Positions 30,071-38,063 of a stretch of DNA of 62,901 nucleotides are shown in pieces; positions within the stretch are counted from its first letter, which is position 1; each line of letters starts with the position of its first letter. The stretch is from the NCBI GenBank assembly GCA_002304935.1, contig DBPS01000051.1, positions 25,861-88,761 of the forward strand, in the 5' to 3' direction. This DNA is from Candidatus Humimicrobium oleiphilum. GTDB lineage: Bacteria; Actinomycetota; Humimicrobiia; Humimicrobiales; Humimicrobiaceae. The translations under genes and the position numbers were made by a program. Below the pieces are notes generated by a model. That model worked only from the letters and a program-made list of their open reading frames with translations. It made no database searches and was not told the DNA's origin.

Positions 30071-30913
30071 ATGGAAACTGTTGTAACAGGAAGAAATTGT
30101 GAGGTTAGATTCGGGCAGGAGCTTCCGACTGTTTTTATTGCAGAAAGGATAAATCCTACAGGAAGAAAATCCCTGGCTGAAGAGCTGAAGCTGGGAAAAC
30201 TTGATATAGTAGAAAGAGATGCAATCGAACAGACCAATGCCGGGGCTCATATTATTGATGTAAATGTAGGAGCAGTAGGAGTAGATGAAGTGGACATGCT
30301 TCCAAAAGCAGTAAAAAAGGTAATGGAAGTTACTGACAGACCTATTTGTATTGATTCAGCAAATCATAAAGCTCTCAAAGCAGCATTGAATGTCTGCCCT
30401 TATAAAGTACTGATAAATTCTGTAAATGGTGAAGAAGAGTCTTTGGAGTATATGCTCCCGATAGTAAAAGAAAGCAGTTCTGCAGTTATTTGCCTGACAA
30501 TGGATAACAAAGGTATCCCAAATGATCCTGGTGAAAGGCTTGAGATAGCAAAAAGAATTGTGAAACGTGCGGAATCCCTGGGCATAAAAAGGGAAGATCT
30601 TGTTTTTGATCCGCTTGTTATGGGCGCTGCTACTGATGGCAATGCAGGAAGAATCTGTCTTGACAGTATGAGATTGATTGTGAAGGAATTCGGTGTCTCG
30701 ACTACTGGCGGATTTTCAAATATAAGTTTCGGTATGCCTGACAGAGAGTTTCTGAATGTTAATTTTATTATTATGGGAATTATGGCAGGATTATGCGCTC
30801 CCATAACTGATGTACTTATGAAAAGCCTTGCCCCTGCAGTAAAAGCAGCTGATTTTCTTGCCGGAAGAGATGCTTATGGAATGAATTATATATCCATGTA
30901 TAGAAAAAAATAG
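30071..30913 (+). CDS. Stand-alone pterin-binding methyltransferase (MetH CH3-THF-binding domain / AcsE-like methyl-THF:corrinoid methyltransferase)
   Basis: AERINPTGRK, GAHIIDVN, PICIDS, INSVNGE, FDPLV, GFSNISFGMP-R; strong AGGAGG RBS. Confidence 0.85.
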   Translation: METVVTGRNCEVRFGQELPTVFIAERINPTGRKSLAEELKLGKLDIVERDAIEQTNAGAHIIDVNVGAVGVDEVDMLPKAVKKVMEVTDRPICIDSANHKALKAALNVCPYKVLINSVNGEEESLEYMLPIVKESSSAVICLTMDNKGIPNDPGERLEIAKRIVKRAESLGIKREDLVFDPLVMGAATDGNAGRICLDSMRLIVKEFGVSTTGGFSNISFGMPDREFLNVNFIIMGIMAGLCAPITDVLMKSLAPAVKAADFLAGRDAYGMNYISMYRKK

Positions 30914-30980
30914 TAATAATCCTCAACTGTTTAGGAATAATTAAAATATTTAAAAATAATGTTTTAACTATTCTTAAAGG

Positions 30981-31028
30981 AAAAAAGAGTGAGTGGGATC
31001 CTTATAATTATCCCTCACTCTTTTTTTT
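30981..31028 (+). terminator. Rho-independent terminator after hisD-hisC-methyltransferase (possibly bidirectional)
   Basis: AAAAAAGAGTGAG(T)GGGAT-loop-ATCCCTCACTC followed by T8; one bulged base. Confidence 0.85.
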
Positions 31029-31094
31029 GGTAAAAATCATTTAAATTTAATATAATGTTTATTTGATTAATATCAAAAAATGAAAGGAAATCTG

Positions 31095-32192
31095 ATGGCA
31101 AAGGTTGTTTTGAAAGACCTGATTAAAAAGTACGACGATGTCGTGGCGGTGAACAAAATGAATGCGGTGATAGACGATGAGGAATTCGTCGTCCTTGTCG
31201 GACCCTCGGGCTGCGGCAAGACGACCACACTGAGAATGGTCGCCGGGCTGGAGGAAATAACAGAAGGCGAGATCTACATTGGAGACAGGAAAGTCAACGA
31301 TGTCCCTCCAAAAGACAGGGATATCGCCATGGTCTTTCAGAACTACGCACTTTACCCCCATATGAACGTATATGACAATATGGCTTTCGGGCTAAAGCTC
31401 AGAAAAACCCCGAAAGCTGAAATAGAAAAAAGAGTCCAGGAAGCTGCAAAGATACTTGCGATAGAGGAGCTTCTAAAAAGAAAGCCCAAACAGTTATCAG
31501 GAGGACAGAGACAGAGAGTCGCCCTTGGAAGAGCCATAGTCAGAAATCCCAAGGTATTTCTTATGGACGAACCGCTGTCTAACTTAGATGCCAAACTAAG
31601 GGTCCAGATGAGGACTGAGATTGCAAAGCTTCACAAAAGACTTAATGCGACCATCATATACGTAACCCATGACCAGACAGAAGCCATGACAATGGCTGAC
31701 AGGATAATAATCATGAAAGACGGAATAGTCCAGCAGATAGGTCATCCTCAGGATGTATACGACCATCCGGACAATATGTTTGTAGCCGGCTTTATAGGAA
31801 GCCCTGCAATGAACTTTCTGGATGTAACAGTTACAGACAAAATGACGCTTAAGCACAAAGACTTTGAACTTGAGACATTTGACAATGTAAAAAAAGCCAT
31901 AAAAGAGCATAATCTTGCAGGAAAAGATGTAGTGCTTGGAATCAGGCCTGAAGATCTTGAAGACATTGCATTTGTACCGGGTGCAAAACCTTCAAATACA
32001 ATTACAGCCATGGTAGAGGTAACTGAACCTATGGGTGCCGAGATCTATGCTTATATCGGTATAGAAGGTACCCTTATGACTGCAAGGGTAAACCCGAGAA
32101 GCCAGGTAAAAGACGGAGAAAATATCTCTCTGTATGTCGATCTAGAGAAGATACATCTTTTCTCAAAAGAAGACGAAAAAGCTTATACATAA
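31095..32192 (+). CDS. MsmX/MalK/UgpC-type carbohydrate ABC ATPase (orphan); ATG 31095
   Basis: GPSGCGKTT, MVFQNYALYPHM, LSGGQRQRVA, FLMDEPLSNLD, YVTHDQ, FIGSPAMN, TOBE domain (GIRPE, EPMGAE). Confidence 0.93.
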   Translation: MAKVVLKDLIKKYDDVVAVNKMNAVIDDEEFVVLVGPSGCGKTTTLRMVAGLEEITEGEIYIGDRKVNDVPPKDRDIAMVFQNYALYPHMNVYDNMAFGLKLRKTPKAEIEKRVQEAAKILAIEELLKRKPKQLSGGQRQRVALGRAIVRNPKVFLMDEPLSNLDAKLRVQMRTEIAKLHKRLNATIIYVTHDQTEAMTMADRIIIMKDGIVQQIGHPQDVYDHPDNMFVAGFIGSPAMNFLDVTVTDKMTLKHKDFELETFDNVKKAIKEHNLAGKDVVLGIRPEDLEDIAFVPGAKPSNTITAMVEVTEPMGAEIYAYIGIEGTLMTARVNPRSQVKDGENISLYVDLEKIHLFSKEDEKAYT

Positions 32193-32248
32193 AGATTCTG
32201 TTTCAGTAAAAGTTTTTTATATAAAATAAAATTAAATATTTTTATTAG

Positions 32249-32286
32249 ATTTATAAGGCACAATATTTTTATTGTGCCTTATAAAT
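32249..32286. repeat. Perfect 17-bp inverted repeat with 4-nt loop (terminator or operator)
   Basis: ATTTATAAGGCACAATA-TTTT-TATTGTGCCTTATAAAT, read directly; 11 nt before ATG 32298. Confidence 0.85.
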
Positions 32287-32297
32287 ATTTGATTTTT

Positions 32298-33479
32298 ATG
32301 AAAGAAATATTTGACGTAATCATTAGCGGCTCAGGTCCTTCCGGAAGCATTCTGGGATATCTTCTTTCCAGCAGCGGATACAGAGTACTGATTATCGATA
32401 AAGAAAAATTCCCAAGATATAAAGTATGTGCCGGGGGAATTCAGATTAAAGCTGCCGGGCTGATTCCTTTTAACATTGATTCCCAGATACATAATGTTAT
32501 TAAAAAAATCCATTTTCAGAGAAAAGCAAAAGATGATTTTTTGGGCGAATATGACCAGCCACTCATGTACACTCTTGACAGGCCGGACTTTGATGATTAT
32601 CTTGTAAAAAAAGCTGCAGGAGCAGGCTGTGTGGTTAAAACTGGTGAGAAAGTACAGGAAGTATCGGCTGGTAATAACAATGTGGTCGTTTTTACAGGAA
32701 AAGACAAATATTATGGAAAAATATTTTCCGGCTCTGATGGAGCTAATGGTTTTTCAATAAAAAAATATAATAATTATCGCAAAATAAGAAAAATAATCGG
32801 ATATGAAATTGAAATACCGGTATCAGGATACTGTAAAAAGCCATATCCTGAAAGTAAAAATATCAGGGATCAGGAAAGGAATTTTGCCTTATTTGATAAA
32901 GATACTGTTGTAATTGATTTTGGAGGAGTGAAATTCGGGTATTTATGGCTTTTCCCAAAAAATAAAAGGATTTCTGCAGGAATGGGAGGTTTTCCGGAAA
33001 AATCAAAAGAAATAAAAAAATATCTCAGCTTTTTTATAAGAAATACAGATTTTTTTGATATTAATGAAAAACAGGAACTGCCTCTTCATGCACATTTTAT
33101 TCCGGTAAGAAAAAAGAATGATTTTATATCTTCGTACAGGATACTGGTTACCGGAGATGCCGCAGGTTTGGGGGATGGCTTCACAGGTGAAGGATTGCAT
33201 AATGCAATCCTAAGTTCACATATTGCATTTTCCAGCATAAAAGAAGCTTTAAAAAATTCTTCTTTCGAATTTCATGACTACAGCGAAATGATCAGTCGCG
33301 AAATAATAAAAAATATTGAATATTCAGTTATCATTTCAAAAATATTTTTTTCATCCCAGTATTTTTACTATAAACTGATTAAAAAGAATGAAAAACTTTT
33401 TAAATCATGTTGTAAAATACTAAGAGGAGAAAAAACTTATCTGGATGTTGTAAATAAATTAAAACTAATTAGAATTTGA
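32298..33479 (+). CDS. Geranylgeranyl reductase family FAD-dependent oxidoreductase; ATG 32298 preferred
   Basis: GSGPSGS, FPRYKVCAGG, RPDFDDYL, GSDGANG, GYLWLFPK, GDAAG--DGFTGEG. Confidence 0.85.
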   Translation: MKEIFDVIISGSGPSGSILGYLLSSSGYRVLIIDKEKFPRYKVCAGGIQIKAAGLIPFNIDSQIHNVIKKIHFQRKAKDDFLGEYDQPLMYTLDRPDFDDYLVKKAAGAGCVVKTGEKVQEVSAGNNNVVVFTGKDKYYGKIFSGSDGANGFSIKKYNNYRKIRKIIGYEIEIPVSGYCKKPYPESKNIRDQERNFALFDKDTVVIDFGGVKFGYLWLFPKNKRISAGMGGFPEKSKEIKKYLSFFIRNTDFFDINEKQELPLHAHFIPVRKKNDFISSYRILVTGDAAGLGDGFTGEGLHNAILSSHIAFSSIKEALKNSSFEFHDYSEMISREIIKNIEYSVIISKIFFSSQYFYYKLIKKNEKLFKSCCKILRGEKTYLDVVNKLKLIRI

Positions 33480-33511
33480 CATAAAGAGCAAGCAAGATAA
33501 AAGGGGAAACA

Positions 33512-34315
33512 ATGGTTATTGATAATAAAAAACCTGTCACGATTGTTCAGATTTCAGATATCCATGTTGGCGAGGTTCATTTTGTTCCCAGCCTGTTAAC
33601 CAGAGCTATAGATGAAATAAATGAGCTTGATCCGGATATAGTGATAATAACAGGAGATCTAACTGCAAATGGTTTCAGGAGAGAATACGATACTGTTAAA
33701 AATTACCTGGCTCCGATTAAATGTAATAATCTGATAGTTCAGCCTGGCAATCATGATTCAAGAAATGTGGGATATATCCATTTTGAGGATATCTATGGTG
33801 AACGTTATATTACACATAATAATGAAAAAGTAAAAATAGTAGCTGCTGATTCAACGGAACCAGATCTTGATAACGGGCAGATAGGAAGAGAATATTACAA
33901 GTGGATAAAGAATGAATTTGCAAATACAGATGATAATGTATTTAAGATTTTTACGATGCACCATCATCTTCTTCCTGTTCCGAGTACCGGAAGGGAAAGG
34001 AATGTGGTAAATGATGCAGGGGATGTACTGGAAGTTCTTGTTGATTCAAAAGTAGATATGGTTTTATGCGGCCATAAACATGTTCCCTACATATGGAGAA
34101 TAGAAGATATACTTATGATAACCACAGGGACAGTTTCCTGTCTCAGGTTAAGGGGTAAGATAGAGCCTAATTATAATATAATGTATATCTATGATGACAG
34201 GATAGATATTTTCAGGAGATTTCCGTTTGACAAGATAGAAAAGATCGAAGGAATAAAAAGATCTACTGTTAAGGAAAGGCTTAATGCTAAATTTATTAAA
34301 GAAGCAAAGTTGTAA
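33512..34315 (+). CDS. Calcineurin-like metallophosphoesterase (CpdA/Icc-like)
   Basis: All five metal motifs: SDIH, TGDL, PGNHD, MHHH, GHKH; AAGGGG RBS. Confidence 0.9.
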   Translation: MVIDNKKPVTIVQISDIHVGEVHFVPSLLTRAIDEINELDPDIVIITGDLTANGFRREYDTVKNYLAPIKCNNLIVQPGNHDSRNVGYIHFEDIYGERYITHNNEKVKIVAADSTEPDLDNGQIGREYYKWIKNEFANTDDNVFKIFTMHHHLLPVPSTGRERNVVNDAGDVLEVLVDSKVDMVLCGHKHVPYIWRIEDILMITTGTVSCLRLRGKIEPNYNIMYIYDDRIDIFRRFPFDKIEKIEGIKRSTVKERLNAKFIKEAKL

Positions 34316-35648
34316 AAAGTTCGAAAGAATGGTTGCTCTTGTTGATGGAGAACATTACCCCCAGGTTACAAATGATGCAATCAGAAAATTAAAAAAAGAA
34401 TTTGACGGAACAATTGCAGGAATTATTTTCCTGGGAGGTACCGAGAAGATATCATCAGGAAAATTTTCTGATTTTTTTGATTATGATGTTTTTGTAATAA
34501 AAGATATTTTAAAAGATTTTGTAGCTGCATTGGAAAAATTTAAGCCTGATATTGTGTTTGATTTAAGCGACCAGCCAGTAGTCAACCATGACATAAGAAT
34601 GAAAATCGCCTCTTTTTGCTTTTATAAAAATGTCAGTTATATGGGAACAGATTTCTTTTTTGAAAACCCTGCAGGCCATATCAAACTGGATATTCCTTCC
34701 ATATCAGTTATAGGCACAGGAAAAAGAATCGGAAAAACTGCCATAAGTGCTTTTATTGCCCAGACCTACAAGAAAAAAGGAATAGATGTAATAGTTGTTG
34801 CCATGGGCAGGGGAGGCCCGCAAAAGCCCCAGCTTCTCAAAGGAAGCGAAATGGAAATAACTCCCCGGTTTTTGCTTTCATTAAACAGGAAAGGACTTCA
34901 TGCAAGCTCTGATTATATTGAAGACGCACTGATGAGTAAAATCACAACAGTAGGGTGCAGAAGGTGCGGAGGTGGTTTCGGGGGTAAAGTTTTTTTATCA
35001 AATGTTGCTGAAGGTGCCAGACTGGCAGCTTCATTAAAGCCGGATCTGATAATCATGGAAGGCAGCGGGGCCTCTCTTCCGGATGTTGATACAGACAGCT
35101 ACATATGTGTTATCGGGGCAAATCAGAAATGGGACGAAATTGTAGGATATCTGGGCATATACAGAATTATGATATCGCAGACTATTGTTCTTACAATGTG
35201 TGAAAAACCTGTCTCAGATTTTAAAAATATTGAAGTGCTTTTAAGCAATATCAGGGATATCAATCCTTCTGCCTCAGTTTTTCTTTCCATATTCAGGCCT
35301 CATCCTCTTGGAGAGCTGAGAGGAAAAAAAGTAGTGGTAGGAATGACTGCCAAAAGCATAATGCAGGAAAAAATTAAAAATTATTTAGAAAAAAAGTATA
35401 AATGCATAATAACGGGTATGACTTTCAGCCTCTCGGACAGGCCCAGACTGTATAATGAAATTAAAAAGTTTGATGATTTTGACGTATTTCTTTCGGAGTT
35501 AAAAGCTGCAGCAGTTGATGTGATAACTGATTATTCTGTAAAACAAAACAAGGAAGTCATATATATGAATAATGTCCCGTCTTTCAGGGGAGGAAATAAA
35601 AAATTCACTGATTATCTTTCAATTTTATTTAATGAAATAATCAGTTAG
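34284..35648 (+). CDS. cpgS: Cyclic 2,3-diphosphoglycerate synthetase
   Basis: ALVDGEHYP, GGTEKI, DLSDQPV, P-loop GTGKRIGKT, VAMGRGGP, HASSDYIEDA, VGCRRCGGG, EGSGAS, FRP-PL, ELKAAAVD; overlaps upstream gene by 32 nt. Confidence 0.88.
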   Translation: MLNLLKKQSCKKFERMVALVDGEHYPQVTNDAIRKLKKEFDGTIAGIIFLGGTEKISSGKFSDFFDYDVFVIKDILKDFVAALEKFKPDIVFDLSDQPVVNHDIRMKIASFCFYKNVSYMGTDFFFENPAGHIKLDIPSISVIGTGKRIGKTAISAFIAQTYKKKGIDVIVVAMGRGGPQKPQLLKGSEMEITPRFLLSLNRKGLHASSDYIEDALMSKITTVGCRRCGGGFGGKVFLSNVAEGARLAASLKPDLIIMEGSGASLPDVDTDSYICVIGANQKWDEIVGYLGIYRIMISQTIVLTMCEKPVSDFKNIEVLLSNIRDINPSASVFLSIFRPHPLGELRGKKVVVGMTAKSIMQEKIKNYLEKKYKCIITGMTFSLSDRPRLYNEIKKFDDFDVFLSELKAAAVDVITDYSVKQNKEVIYMNNVPSFRGGNKKFTDYLSILFNEIIS

Positions 35649-35695
35649 TTTTTTAATATATTTAAAATTATTATCAAAAAAATAAATTAAATTAA

Positions 35696-36628
35696 ATGGA
35701 CAAAGAAGTAAATACAAAAGAGATGATAGTAATTTCTGATAAAAAAAAGGGAGGACTTCCTTTTTCCAAAGGTATACTTGCGAATTCAATAATTGTTACC
35801 GGCCTGGACATGCTGACATCACACAGGATAGCTTTTGATGTCCAGGACTATCTTGTTAAAAATAAATTAATGTCAATTTCACTTGAAGAGCTAAGAGCTC
35901 TTGTTTTCAGATTTATAAAGGATGAAGTAAATATTGAATATGCAGAAAAATATCTTTTGTGGCAGTCTGTAGGAAAGCTTAGAAGACCTATAATAATACT
36001 AATAGGAGGTTCTACCGGAGCTGGCAAATCGACCATTTCAACAATTATGTCAAACAGGCTTAATATATCCAGAGTTGTTTCAACAGATGCAATCAGGGAA
36101 ATCATGAGAACTTCTGTTTCTGACAAACTGATAAAACCGCTGCAGGGTTCTTCATATAATGCATACAAACATCTTGCTCTTCCCCCGACAGGTGTAAATC
36201 CCGTGATACTCGGTTTCAGGGAACAGGTAATGGCGGTTACAGTAGGCATAGAAGCAATAATAAAAAGAAGCGTTGAGGAAAAAATAGATACCATCATTGA
36301 AGGCGCTCATGTAGTTCCGGGATATATAAATATTAAAAACATGGAAAACAAAGCGCTGATAGAACATTTTGTCATAATAGTTGAAGATGAAGAACTGCAC
36401 AGAGAACATTTTGTGAAAAGAACGTTTGAAACCCAGGGCTCAAGACCCATGCAAAGATATCTGAGACATTTAAAAAATATCAGAATGATACAAAATTATA
36501 TCCAGGAACTTGCAAATAAAAATAATGTGAAGATACTTGACAACTATAATCTTGACCATACACTTGCAGAAGCAATGGATTTAATGTTTGAAAGAGTAAA
36601 AAAAGAATTTTCAAGTCACAATTATTAA
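35696..36628 (+). CDS. pgk2: 2-phosphoglycerate kinase (archaeal type, N-terminal ATP-cone)
   Basis: ATP-cone PFSKGILANS; P-loop LIGGSTGAGKST; STDAIREIMR; IIEGAHVVPG; RHLKNIR-IQ-Y. Confidence 0.87.
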   Translation: MDKEVNTKEMIVISDKKKGGLPFSKGILANSIIVTGLDMLTSHRIAFDVQDYLVKNKLMSISLEELRALVFRFIKDEVNIEYAEKYLLWQSVGKLRRPIIILIGGSTGAGKSTISTIMSNRLNISRVVSTDAIREIMRTSVSDKLIKPLQGSSYNAYKHLALPPTGVNPVILGFREQVMAVTVGIEAIIKRSVEEKIDTIIEGAHVVPGYINIKNMENKALIEHFVIIVEDEELHREHFVKRTFETQGSRPMQRYLRHLKNIRMIQNYIQELANKNNVKILDNYNLDHTLAEAMDLMFERVKKEFSSHNY

Positions 36629-36630
36629 TA

Positions 36631-37059
36631 TTATCGTATTTCAAACCCGGTTTCTCTGGCAATTATGTCATTTTGGTATAGCTTTACAGAATATCTGCCT
36701 TTCCGATACAGGCTTTCATTTTTTGCAAAAGAGATTTCTATTATCTGGGAGCTTTCTTTTTTTATGGGAATTTTACTTGCCTGAATTATTCTGTTGCCTG
36801 ATTCTCCGCTCATGTAAATCTCTAATCTGTAATTTTCATTTTTCCGGGGATTTTTTAGTTTCAGCACAACCCATATGTCTGTATCTACCTTCTGTTCAAA
36901 AACCGGAATTTTGGCATAAGCTGCAGAATTTCCCTGGCCGGACGATTTATCTATAACAAAAAATGAATCTATTCCGGTATCTTTATTTATCGCATATATA
37001 ATGACAGAGGAAATTATAATTGTAATAATTATTAAAATTACTATTATTTTTATATTCAT
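36631..37059 (-). CDS. Hypothetical protein, N-terminal membrane anchor plus probable beta-rich domain (ORF track start 37188 runs through AT-rich intergenic DNA)
   Basis: MNIKIIVILIIITIIISSVIIYA hydrophobic N-terminus; alternating beta-like pattern (GRYSVKLY). Confidence 0.6.
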   Translation of the reverse strand: MNIKIIVILIIITIIISSVIIYAINKDTGIDSFFVIDKSSGQGNSAAYAKIPVFEQKVDTDIWVVLKLKNPRKNENYRLEIYMSGESGNRIIQASKIPIKKESSQIIEISFAKNESLYRKGRYSVKLYQNDIIARETGFEIR

Positions 37060-37218
37060 AAAAAAAATAAATATTTTTATAATATTGCAAAAATTTTTAT
37101 AATATAGTTTGATATTTTTTTGATTATTTAAATAAAAATATTTTAAGTTATTATATTTTAAAGTAAAGTTTAAAATTCTGACTTTCAAGTATCATAGCTG
37201 TTTTAGGAGGATCTGGAA

Positions 37219-37521
37219 ATGCCGATATATAGTTATAAGTGCAACAATTGTGAAAAAATTTTTGACAAGTTCGAGAAGCCCGGAAGCAATGTTAAAGCAA
37301 CCTGTCCTGATTGCAGTAGCGAAGCTTTAAGAATTTTTTCTCCGGTTGGTATTGTCTTTAAAGGTTCAGGATTTTATTCAACTGATTATAATTCCAAGAG
37401 TTCAAAGCCAGCTTCATCCGTTTCACCGGAAATCAAAAAGGATGAAGTGAAAAAAGAAGAGACAAAGACCGAAAAATCACTGCCGGCGGCAGAAAGCAAT
37501 GCGGGGACCGAAAAGAAATGA
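37219..37521 (+). CDS. FmdB-family zinc-ribbon protein
   Basis: MPIYSYKCNNC...CPDC...VGIVFKGSGFYSTD; low-complexity tail; AGGAGG RBS. Confidence 0.9.
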   Translation: MPIYSYKCNNCEKIFDKFEKPGSNVKATCPDCSSEALRIFSPVGIVFKGSGFYSTDYNSKSSKPASSVSPEIKKDEVKKEETKTEKSLPAAESNAGTEKK

Positions 37522-37570
37522 TTGCTAAAAATCTTTTTAATTTTAGTATTAATTTAAACATAATATAAAT

Positions 37571-38038
37571 ATGTCAGCTTTACTGGTATTCTCTTTTATA
37601 TTGTTTCTATTTCATATTTTCAGCTTAAGGTCTATATTCAAAGCTGGAAATAAAGAAATAGCCACAGATAATCCGAAAATGATAGAGGAGATTAAAAACG
37701 AAGTTAACGAGGAAGGTAAAAAAATCTCTTCAGTTTTTACCCTGCCTATTATAGTTATTATTTTGCTTTCACTCATAGAGCTGGGATATTACTTTTTTGC
37801 AGTATATGTTCTTAATGACAACCTGATAATCATTGGTGCGTCTGTCCTTGCAGGATTTAATATTTATTCGCTCATAAAATTCTTTCCGAAAATAAAAATG
37901 TTTATTAATAAGCCTTTGGATTATCTGAAAGAAAAAACAGAACCTTTTGAAAACATCATAAATGTTGTAATGGCAGTTCTTGAGATTCTTTTCTGTCTGT
38001 ATGTTATCATTAAAATAATTCTTAAAACCGATTTGTAG
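37571..38038 (+). CDS. Hypothetical integral membrane protein (about 4 TM)
   Basis: Four hydrophobic segments; 155-aa ORF filling the gap, co-oriented with neighbours. Confidence 0.6.
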   Translation: MSALLVFSFILFLFHIFSLRSIFKAGNKEIATDNPKMIEEIKNEVNEEGKKISSVFTLPIIVIILLSLIELGYYFFAVYVLNDNLIIIGASVLAGFNIYSLIKFFPKIKMFINKPLDYLKEKTEPFENIINVVMAVLEILFCLYVIIKIILKTDL

Positions 38039-38063
38039 ATTTTATTTAACAACAGGATAAAAA

